The notes under the pieces were generated by a model. It saw only the letters and a program-made list of their open reading frames with translations, made no database searches and had not been told where the DNA came from. Below, piece by piece: positions 1-8,209 of a stretch of 64,000 nucleotides of DNA (position 1 is the stretch's first letter; the number at the start of each line of letters is the position of its first letter). The translations under genes and the position numbers were made by a program. The stretch is taken from positions 128,001 through 192,000 of the IMG/VR virus record IMGVR_UViG_3300029305_005547; one strand, given 5' to 3'. This DNA comes from a virus (lineage: Duplodnaviria; Caudoviricetes).

Positions 1-55
1 CTTTCATTTTTCATTATAGTGACAGTCCCATAAAATCTTAAAAGGAGATTATTTT

Positions 56-1240
56 ATGGGAAGAATTGAATTAAATTCAGACCAGATATTTGCTGGTATT
101 GAAGCAAGTAGATGGTGGCATTCTGCCAGTTCAGATCAGATATTTGAAATATCTGGCGCTGCTGGTACAGGAAAGACGACTTCTATAAAATACATATTAC
201 AAGAATTAGGTCTTGATCCTTTTCATGATGTGTTATTTGTTGCATATACAGGTAAAGCTGCTACACAGTTAGCCCGAAATAGTTTACCTGCTATTACATG
301 TCATTCAGCATTTTACGAATATATAAAAGAAATAGATAGAGATGAAGATGGAAGAGCTATTATACTTCCTAATGGAAAACCTAAATTAAAAGGCGTTTTC
401 AGACCGAAAGATCATCTTAAAAAACGTTATAAAGCTATTTGTATTGATGAAGCTACGATGATTAATCAAGAGATGAAAACTGACATAACTAATTTTGGAT
501 TACCTATTTTCGCATTAGGTGATACAAATCAGTTACCTCCAGTATTTGGAAAATCTGTATTTTTGGTTGATCCTAATGTAACGTTACGAAAACTCATGAG
601 ACAGGCTGAAGACAATCCAATTGTATATATTGCTCATAGAATTCTTGATGGTTATGATTTAAGACCCGGTGTATATGGTTCTAGTGCAATTATACGAAAG
701 AAAGATTTAGATCCATATCAGCTTAAAAATGCAGATATTGTATTAACTGTAACAAATAACCTTAAGCAACATATAAACAACTTATTCCGTGAGGAATTTT
801 GTGGATTTACAAGACTTGATCTTCCATATGTTGGAGAAAAAGTAATATGTAGACGAAACGATTGGTCTAAATCTGTTGGAGATAATTTATTTCTTACAAA
901 CGGAACCACAGGTTTCCTAGATTATGTCAATAAAGAAACTTATAATGGTAGAAGTATTGAATGCGATTTTAGACCAGATTTTACACCTAAAACATTTAGA
1001 AATCTTCCTATTGATTATAAGCACTTGATGAGACTTGAAAAGAGTGAATCACAAGCAGCCATGAGCTTTGGAATGAATATATTTGAATTTGCATATGCTA
1101 TCACTGTATATTCATCTCAAGGATCTCAGTGGCCTAATGTAACTGCTCTTGCCGAACTTTATGGTGCTGAAGATTTTAAGAGGAAGGTATTATACACAAT
1201 GGTTACAAGAGCAAGTGAATCTGTCACACTTGCAATTTAA
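56..1240 (+). CDS. RecD/Dda-like SF1B DNA helicase
   Basis: Walker A GAAGTGKTT, AYTGKAA, IDEA, GDTNQLPPV, C-terminal AYAITVYSSQGSQW and YTMVTRA motifs. Confidence 0.88.
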   Translation: MGRIELNSDQIFAGIEASRWWHSASSDQIFEISGAAGTGKTTSIKYILQELGLDPFHDVLFVAYTGKAATQLARNSLPAITCHSAFYEYIKEIDRDEDGRAIILPNGKPKLKGVFRPKDHLKKRYKAICIDEATMINQEMKTDITNFGLPIFALGDTNQLPPVFGKSVFLVDPNVTLRKLMRQAEDNPIVYIAHRILDGYDLRPGVYGSSAIIRKKDLDPYQLKNADIVLTVTNNLKQHINNLFREEFCGFTRLDLPYVGEKVICRRNDWSKSVGDNLFLTNGTTGFLDYVNKETYNGRSIECDFRPDFTPKTFRNLPIDYKHLMRLEKSESQAAMSFGMNIFEFAYAITVYSSQGSQWPNVTALAELYGAEDFKRKVLYTMVTRASESVTLAI

Positions 1241-1327
1241 AGAAGTATATTATTTATTTGAAATAGTTGAGAAGGATATAGTAAAAACCTTCTCAACTAT
1301 AAATTTTTATAGTAAAGGAGATTTAAA

Positions 1328-1669
1328 ATGAGTACAGTGGATGTAGCACAATTTAGACAAAATTTTCACGTCCCAAAAGAAGCATTTAGAGAACTTATTA
1401 CATTATATGATCTGAGTTTTGTAGATCTTAAAGTAATTTGCTATTTGCTTACAGTATTAAGTGGTTATAACAAAACCCGTCGTATTAATACGACAAATCC
1501 AGGACCTGATCCTAATAATTTTACAAAGATCCATATAGATCTAATGAGTGAAGAATTAGGAATCAAAGTAAAGAAAATAAAAAAATCTATTAAATACCTT
1601 ACTGAAATACAGGTTTTAGAAAAAGGAAATGGAGCTGCTGTAAAAGGTGGTTACAGATTTACATTTTAA
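1328..1669 (+). CDS. Putative winged-HTH DNA-binding protein
   Basis: AAGGAG RBS; 'MSEELGIKVKKIKKSIKYLTEIQVL' HTH-like pattern; early-type TATATTAT motif at ~1245. Confidence 0.5.
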   Translation: MSTVDVAQFRQNFHVPKEAFRELITLYDLSFVDLKVICYLLTVLSGYNKTRRINTTNPGPDPNNFTKIHIDLMSEELGIKVKKIKKSIKYLTEIQVLEKGNGAAVKGGYRFTF

Positions 1670-1680
1670 AGGAGGACAAA

Positions 1681-3054
1681 ATGGAAACTACTGTAGAAAA
1701 CACTAAAATTATTATCCCTATTAACTTCACACATAGTGCAGACATCGATGGTATTGTGTGTGGAATCTTAACCAATTCTATATGTCTTGGTGGTGTAAAT
1801 TGTGGTGATGCTTATTTTGCTAAACCATTTATAATTGGAATGCCTGCTAATACAGAGCAGATGGAATCTATTATACAAGAAAAGATTACGCATAAAAATA
1901 TTACAGACTATACTGAATATGCATGCAGTTCACATTATACATCAGACACAATAGAAGGTGAAAACCTTGAATACCTTATTATTGTAACTGATTTACATGT
2001 ACCTACTGTATTTATTGATTATGTGAAGAAAGTTATCACTGATTGCTATCCTGATTCACATATTGGATTTTGGGAATTTGATCATCACGCATCAAACCCT
2101 GAATTTGGTAAATTTACATATAATTTCAATGAAGATGAATTTTATCTTCCTGAAAGAGTATGTATCTGCGATAACTATTTCAAAACACATGGAAAGTGTA
2201 AAGTTCCGGAATTAGATATTACATTTAATAAATTATGTGGTGCAAAAGATATAAAACGAGAAATTGAAGAATTGATTGTACAATATAAACTCGATGGTGG
2301 TCTTTCTGTTGCAGAAAGGTCTGCCGCATATGTATACTTTAGATTTCTTCTTGATATGGGATTATTTGATTTTCATGATTTAAATTTCATGATAAACTTG
2401 ATCAAACTTGTATATCATACATCTATGTATGATACCTTTGAGTTTTCAAAGAAAGATAGAGATTGTGTTATTGACCATGATTACATGGATGCTTTAACTG
2501 TTTTATGGAAAAGCTATAAAGGAGATTTCTTCAGATTCTTAAATATGGTTTATGATTCATTAGATGATATACCTTTAGTTGGTGAATATGAATATCTTCC
2601 AACTCTTCCGAAATCAGAACTTTTGAAATTGTCTTTCTTGTTTGATCAGAGAAAGACAGAATACAGAGGAGTGACTAAAGGTATAAGAGTATTTCCATAC
2701 GAACGAATTAAATATGCGTTGAATCTTGAATGTAATGAAGAGCTTAAATATGAAGATAACGTAGCCGTAATTCTTCAGGATGTCACGGATGCGTCTTTTG
2801 TAGGAAATACTCTCTTAAAAGATTATCCAAAAATCAAATTAGTTATTATGTTATTTACAAATTCTCGTACTGCATCTTTCAGGAGTAGTAATCTTATTGA
2901 TGATGCTCCTGATTGTGGTAAGATTGCTACTTTAGATTTAAATGGTGGTGGTCACAAACATGCTGCTGGTGCTGTTTTGTCTCAGGATAAGTTTATTAAT
3001 ATCTTAACTTTATTCTGGAATACAGATAAAGCTAATATGGATGATTATAAGTAA
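1681..3054 (+). CDS. DHH/DHHA1-family phosphoesterase
   Basis: THSADIDG, VTDL, FDHH and GGGHKHAAG motifs. Confidence 0.85.
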   Translation: METTVENTKIIIPINFTHSADIDGIVCGILTNSICLGGVNCGDAYFAKPFIIGMPANTEQMESIIQEKITHKNITDYTEYACSSHYTSDTIEGENLEYLIIVTDLHVPTVFIDYVKKVITDCYPDSHIGFWEFDHHASNPEFGKFTYNFNEDEFYLPERVCICDNYFKTHGKCKVPELDITFNKLCGAKDIKREIEELIVQYKLDGGLSVAERSAAYVYFRFLLDMGLFDFHDLNFMINLIKLVYHTSMYDTFEFSKKDRDCVIDHDYMDALTVLWKSYKGDFFRFLNMVYDSLDDIPLVGEYEYLPTLPKSELLKLSFLFDQRKTEYRGVTKGIRVFPYERIKYALNLECNEELKYEDNVAVILQDVTDASFVGNTLLKDYPKIKLVIMLFTNSRTASFRSSNLIDDAPDCGKIATLDLNGGGHKHAAGAVLSQDKFINILTLFWNTDKANMDDYK

Positions 3055-3058
3055 GACG

Positions 3059-3093
3059 AAATAAAGGGATCTTTTGGATCCCTTTATTTTTTT
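3059..3093 (+). terminator. Intrinsic terminator
   Basis: AAATAAAGGGATC-ttttg-GATCCCTTTATTT hairpin followed by a T run. Confidence 0.8.
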
Positions 3094-3196
3094 ATTAGTA
3101 TAACAAATCTTTAATGGATAATATCCATATGAAAATTCCAATAATAGAGCAGATTACTCATTATTTAGAGGTAAACTTGCATGTAATAACTTTTGT

Positions 3197-3248
3197 TCTG
3201 GTGAGAGTAGGATTTGGCTACCTACTCTCACCAGCTCCGTTCTTTTTG
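3197..3248 (+). terminator. Intrinsic terminator-like hairpin upstream of cassette 1
   Basis: CTGGTGAGAGTAGG...CCTACTCTCACCAG stem followed by a T-rich tract. Confidence 0.65.
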
Positions 3249-3270
3249 TATGATTTTTTGGAGTGTGGGG

Positions 3271-3350
3271 ACGGAATTTAGTTAAGTAAAATTTCTGTAA
3301 GTCTCGATATTTCTCGGGACTTACAGATTCTTTATTTAGCTAAATAGTAA
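3271..3350 (+). repeat. 80-bp tail-fibre cassette element, copy 1 (L box, hairpin spacer, R box)
   Basis: ACGGAATTTAGTTAAGTA-aaattTCTGTAAGTCTCGAtatttcTCGGGACTTACAGAttctttatttag-CTAAATAGTAA; near-identical to four other copies. Confidence 0.97.
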
Positions 3351-3627
3351 GGTGGATAAATCGGGAATTGTTTTTAGAAATTTTAGATCATTTTCAGTTA
3401 AAAGTACAAATCCTATTGCGGTAAACGCTTATGAAATAATCACCCTAGATTTGTCTTCATATAATTATACAAAAAGTCCACATGCATTTATTTCTTCAAC
3501 TTTTTTATGTTCAGTTACTATATCTAATACATCGGCAACTTCAGTAACAGTTACATTATATAATTTATACGGATCATCTCAACAGTGCAGTTGTGTAATA
3601 TATTTATTTGAGTTAAATTCAGTATAA
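3340..3627 (+). other. Silent tail-fibre C-terminal cassette 1 (95 aa, LNSKVDKSG...)
   Basis: Frame opens directly after the in-frame TAG at CTA AAT AGT AAG; no RBS; beta-rich Ser/Thr domain; followed by a terminator at ~3630-3670. Confidence 0.8.
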
Positions 3628-3722
3628 TAAATAAATGAGAATGAAGATATCTTCATTCTCATTTATTTTTCCACATAAATACTACAAATAAAAACATTAT
3701 ACTAAACTATTAAAACGAAAGG

Positions 3723-5267
3723 ATGATAAAGACTATGGATCCTTTAATGAATAACTCCGTAATCAATTTCATTGACGAAGTTAATAAGCAGCGTTCTTTA
3801 GACGAATCTATCAACAAGATCAATGATGATCCGGTTGTGAAACTCCGTCGTTTGAACGAGACTAAACAACAGGGTGTCAATGCTTGTATGAATTCTATAT
3901 TAGCTAAAATCTGCAAAGATGCAGTTCCCGAGGTTAACGGACGAGTAGCTTCTACTCCCGATTTGGATAAAGTAGTAGCAGACTATGTTTCCAGAAGAAC
4001 CGGTGGAAAAGACTTAGAGTTCTATGTAAAAGAAGCAATCAGACGTAACCCTAAGAACACATCAGTGATTAAGAACGTATTTGAATCTGTAGAGCGTATC
4101 GTAAGAGAGCAATACACAGACAAATCTCTCAATCCTGATACAATTACCGAAGATGATTACAAGTTTGAAATAACTCCTGAGATTGATGACAAACTCGTTG
4201 CAGTCATTCGTGATAATAATCTTGATGATCTTGCAGAAGTTATCAAAGATAACGTAAGAGAAACTGCAATCTCTGAAGTAGAACTTGCGAAAAAAGAAAA
4301 AGAAGAGCGTTTAGCTCTTGAAGAAGAACTTACTAACGATGAATCTATCACTACAGAAGCTGCTCTTGAAGAAGCTTTAAGAGAAAGAGGAATCGGTAAG
4401 ACTACTTCTATCTATACACCTTCATTATTTGAAGCTGTTATGGTTAATAAGTTTAATTCTATGAATATGACAGAATCTGTCATCACAGATGTTACTTATG
4501 AAGCCGGATATGTTACTGAAGGTGTAATTGATAAACTTAAAAACGCATTCAAGGCTAAATCAGAGGCTGATGCAAAAGAAACTATTGCAAAGAATCATTC
4601 AAATTTCCTTGCAAATATCGAAGAATGGTACAAAACTGTCTACTCTGATTACCGCAGCAAGATTAGTCCGGTTGACTTTAAGAAATTAGCAAAGACTGCT
4701 AAAGAAATTTTAGCAGATCCTCATGTTGATAACATTACTGTCAATGGTCCCATTCTTTCTGATGTTAAAGATGCATCTGTATCCTATAAAGATAACATGA
4801 AGAATCTCATGAATGAGAAGAAGTATGTAGCGTTTAGCGTTCCTACATCTAAGAAGAGTTATCCTGCAAAAGATGCTATAGATGAAATGATGAAAGCAGT
4901 AGATGCTCTTGACAGTTATTTTGAAAAGCCTGATGTTAAATCATACGTTAACAAAGCATCTGCATACATCAGTGCTAAAGCTAACAAATGTGAAAATCCT
5001 AAGGATGTCAAGACTGTTTATGATCTTGGTGTTCAGTATTATCTTGCAGATTTGGCATACTACATGGTTGCGATTACATTTGTAGATTCTGTAGTTAGTG
5101 CTATGAAGCAGATGATTAAGACATATGAAAAAGTTGCTGTTAAGGAAGCAGCATTTGATGCTGCAGTAACAGAGTATACTTTACTTAGTCTTTCTAAAGC
5201 GTTATATCTTGAAAGTTTTAAACTTGCAGATATTGACAGCTTAGCTAAGGAATATGCTATGAATTAA
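3723..5267 (+). CDS. Putative virion (internal head) protein
   Basis: Late-type promoter AACA-N6-TAA at 3693; TES/TEG acidic processing-like motifs. Confidence 0.6.
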   Translation: MIKTMDPLMNNSVINFIDEVNKQRSLDESINKINDDPVVKLRRLNETKQQGVNACMNSILAKICKDAVPEVNGRVASTPDLDKVVADYVSRRTGGKDLEFYVKEAIRRNPKNTSVIKNVFESVERIVREQYTDKSLNPDTITEDDYKFEITPEIDDKLVAVIRDNNLDDLAEVIKDNVRETAISEVELAKKEKEERLALEEELTNDESITTEAALEEALRERGIGKTTSIYTPSLFEAVMVNKFNSMNMTESVITDVTYEAGYVTEGVIDKLKNAFKAKSEADAKETIAKNHSNFLANIEEWYKTVYSDYRSKISPVDFKKLAKTAKEILADPHVDNITVNGPILSDVKDASVSYKDNMKNLMNEKKYVAFSVPTSKKSYPAKDAIDEMMKAVDALDSYFEKPDVKSYVNKASAYISAKANKCENPKDVKTVYDLGVQYYLADLAYYMVAITFVDSVVSAMKQMIKTYEKVAVKEAAFDAAVTEYTLLSLSKALYLESFKLADIDSLAKEYAMN

Positions 5268-5309
5268 ATATATCACCTTACTCCAAATCGGAGTAAGGTG
5301 ATAATTATT

Positions 5310-6830
5310 TTATTTTATTGAATCTGATAATAATGTGAATTCATCTAATGATAATTCATTATTAATAAATGATTCTTTTAAAGCAGATTCAGTTGTAGTT
5401 GTTGATTTAATTTCTTCTACTGGAATAGGAAGGCTTGTATCTACATAAATAGATCCAGCATTGAATGATTTACATGTAGGATCAATAAATGCAGTTCTTA
5501 TATTTTCTTTTGGAGTATATCGTGACAGATCAGATTCTGGAACATCCTCACCTCTGTAATCTTTACTAAGAGTAAAATATACTCTTTTTGTAGGGTATAA
5601 TTTACTGCCTTCACGTTTTCCTTTAAAAGATGGAATCAATTCTTTTATTCCTTTTTTAGGTGAAACATGAAGAAGCATTGTTTCATTAGGAATTGTTATT
5701 TTTCTTGGTTCAGCTTCAGTGTAATCGCATATAGCTTTATCACCGTCAACAGTAATTTTTTTGATAATAGAATTTTTTCCAATACCAAAAAACTTACAAA
5801 TCCAATTAAATGCTTTCTTGTAAATAGTATAATTATTACTATTTTTAGCAATGTCATAATTAGATCTTATTTCTTTCTTGTCCTTATTAGAAATATCCTT
5901 TTCAGAAATTTCATCTTTAAGATTTTCACTTGCTTTTTTCCAAGTATCCTTTAAAAATTTAGTTCCTGAAATAGATCTTGTAATTTCTCCTATTTTTTCT
6001 TTAATTCCTTCCTGATATACTTCATCATCTTCAACAAATTTAAGACCGTAATATTCCATAAAATCTTCAAGATTATCAAATTCTGGTCCTAAATCATAAT
6101 CAACATATTCTTGTACTAAATCATCAGATTTTTTCAATATGTCCTGAATTTTCTCTACTTTAATAGGAGATGATGTAACAACATAAACAGCACCCATTGT
6201 ATATGTTGGAACTAAAGGATCTAAATATGCAGTCTTTATATTTTCAGTACATACATAAGTAGTGGTTTTCTCATTTTGTTTAATATCTGCTGCAAATTTT
6301 GGCATTTCTTTTCTCAAAGTAAAATACACTCTTTGATCTGAATACATATAACTTTTAGCAGATTTACCTTTAAATTGAGGATTTAAAGATTTAATAGAAT
6401 CATTGGTTGATGTATGATATAAAATACTACCATTAGGAATAGTAATCTTTTTAGGAGCAACGCCATAAAGAATTTCTACAGAATTATGCTCTTTATCTTT
6501 ATTCAATTTATATTGAACGATAACTACATCATTTTTAGGTATACCTGTAAGTTTACACAGTTTATTATAATAAATTTTATATTCAGTAAACGTGGATGAA
6601 GCTCTCATATCATGCAATGCTTTTGAAATTTCATGAAATTTATCTTCATCCAAATCTTTTTCTTCATAAGTTTTTGTAGCTTTTGTTGTAGGTATCCAGT
6701 CTTTTTCAATACTTAATCTATCTTTAAGTTCTCTTACTTTAGAACCAATTTTACCACGAACAGATTCTTCTACTACATCAGAGTTCTTATAGTTAGTAAC
6801 TATATTTAATAATGCTTCATAATTAGCCAT
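5310..6830 (-). CDS. Putative virion protein with two tandem ADP-ribosyltransferase-like repeats
   Basis: Internal duplication (KITIPN..LYH.S...L.P.FKGK...RVYFTL...ENI.TA..DP...G..YV); late promoter at 6856-6868. Confidence 0.55.
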   Translation of the reverse strand: MANYEALLNIVTNYKNSDVVEESVRGKIGSKVRELKDRLSIEKDWIPTTKATKTYEEKDLDEDKFHEISKALHDMRASSTFTEYKIYYNKLCKLTGIPKNDVVIVQYKLNKDKEHNSVEILYGVAPKKITIPNGSILYHTSTNDSIKSLNPQFKGKSAKSYMYSDQRVYFTLRKEMPKFAADIKQNEKTTTYVCTENIKTAYLDPLVPTYTMGAVYVVTSSPIKVEKIQDILKKSDDLVQEYVDYDLGPEFDNLEDFMEYYGLKFVEDDEVYQEGIKEKIGEITRSISGTKFLKDTWKKASENLKDEISEKDISNKDKKEIRSNYDIAKNSNNYTIYKKAFNWICKFFGIGKNSIIKKITVDGDKAICDYTEAEPRKITIPNETMLLHVSPKKGIKELIPSFKGKREGSKLYPTKRVYFTLSKDYRGEDVPESDLSRYTPKENIRTAFIDPTCKSFNAGSIYVDTSLPIPVEEIKSTTTTESALKESFINNELSLDEFTLLSDSIK

Positions 6831-6933
6831 AGTTATTTCCTTTCTATAAAGTTTATTAATAATTTGTTTCGAGCCTTAAAATACCTCAAAATAAACTATA
6901 GAAACAACTTATTTATAAGAAAGGAGTGTAATT

Positions 6934-7227
6934 ATGTTAAATTCAAACCAATTTTCAGATTTAGATGCTGCTAAAAGCGATCTTGAAAGCAAACAGATTA
7001 TTTTAAAGACAGGAATTGATGTGCAGGCATTGCTTAGAATTTTAGTCGATAAAGAAATAATCACAAGAGAAGAAATTAATAAATATAGAGAAGAGGTAAG
7101 TTCTTCTCCAAAATATGCAAATGCTCTTAAATATGTTGAGCAAACCCTTGAAGAAATTAAATATTACGAGACTCATCCTCAAGAGAGATTGCAGGAAATG
7201 TTTAGACGAAAGATGCAGGAAAAATAA
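6934..7227 (+). CDS. Hypothetical protein
   Basis: AAGGAG RBS, 97-aa ORF. Confidence 0.7.
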   Translation: MLNSNQFSDLDAAKSDLESKQIILKTGIDVQALLRILVDKEIITREEINKYREEVSSSPKYANALKYVEQTLEEIKYYETHPQERLQEMFRRKMQEK

Positions 7228-7228
7228 T

Positions 7229-7654
7229 ATGGACAATACAATTATAATTAAAAACTTTAATCCTGGTGCTAAAGGATTTAAAGTTATGAGAAAAGAACAA
7301 GAAGGATGTTCTGTATTAGCAGAATTTAAAAGAATACCAGATACAGGAATTGGTGATATGAGTGATGGATACCATACTTTTAATGAATTATATCACCATA
7401 GAGCAATATTATTTTCTGTTATCTGTAATATGTTTAAAGATAAAGCATGGAAATCATTAATGCATCATGATGGTAAGATGTATGATGGTATGTTCATTGT
7501 AGGAATTGAAACACCTAATGGGCAAGCAACATATCATTATGATGTAGATCCTTATTTTGATTTATTTGATGTAAAGGAACTTGAAAATGCTCCGGAATGG
7601 GATGGTCACACACCTGATGAAGCAATTGAAAGAATTAAATCTTTGGTTGTGTAG
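7229..7654 (+). CDS. Conserved phage protein (SDGYHTF...WDGH type)
   Basis: SDGYHTFNELYHHR, WKS..H.DG, GQATYH and WDGHT motifs; start moved to the ATG at 7229, just after the upstream stop. Confidence 0.75.
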   Translation: MDNTIIIKNFNPGAKGFKVMRKEQEGCSVLAEFKRIPDTGIGDMSDGYHTFNELYHHRAILFSVICNMFKDKAWKSLMHHDGKMYDGMFIVGIETPNGQATYHYDVDPYFDLFDVKELENAPEWDGHTPDEAIERIKSLVV

Positions 7655-7680
7655 TATCAGACTATTGAAGTCATGTGGTC

Positions 7681-7698
7681 ACGGAATTTAGTTAAGTA
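7681..7698 (+). repeat. Isolated L box of the cassette element (left boundary of the expression module)
   Basis: Exact 18-bp match ACGGAATTTAGTTAAGTA, not followed by the hairpin spacer. Confidence 0.92.
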
Positions 7699-7846
7699 TT
7701 CTAAACAAAACCCAAAAAGTTAAGTAACTTAAAAAAAATTATATTTAATCGATAAAATAACAAAAAAAGTAAGGGTAGTTACAGCTACCCTTACTTGAAT
7801 ATTCCAAGATTGGCTTGTATGAGCATTTTGACCTCTTGTTTTCTAG

Positions 7847-8017
7847 TTAGAACAACTGATCAGACAATGCCTGAATCAAAGCCATTCTAACTGAGAAAAT
7901 GTTGGCATATCTGTTTGGATCAGACTGCCAAGCTGTCATGAAACTAGCATCGGTATCAAAACCGTTTGCTAGTTTCATTTCGTTGTATAACTTTCTCAAG
8001 TTATCAATATAACTCAT
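7847..8017 (-). CDS. Small hypothetical protein (56 aa) inside the L-R module
   Basis: AGGAGG RBS before ATG 8017; GATATATTAT early motif at 8051-8060; terminator hairpin at ~7765-7797. Confidence 0.7.
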   Translation of the reverse strand: MSYIDNLRKLYNEMKLANGFDTDASFMTAWQSDPNRYANIFSVRMALIQALSDQLF

Positions 8018-8209
8018 GTTAAAACCTCCTTCCTTAGAATATTCATGATAATAATATATCATCGAAAATATAAGGATTTCAGAGATTTTTTTACACATCT
8101 ACACAGCTTTCTAATATAAAAACATTCTACTAAGTAATTACCATAGAGAAATCTATGGGTCTCAATTATTTTTTCATGAAAGAATAATAGAAAAGGAGGC
8201 GCTCGAGAT

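Noticed and set aside
3352-3627. ORF-track starts at 3352, 15096, 25933 and 43987 as independent genes
   Set aside because: None has an RBS; each frame extends upstream to exactly the R box, so these starts are internal codons.
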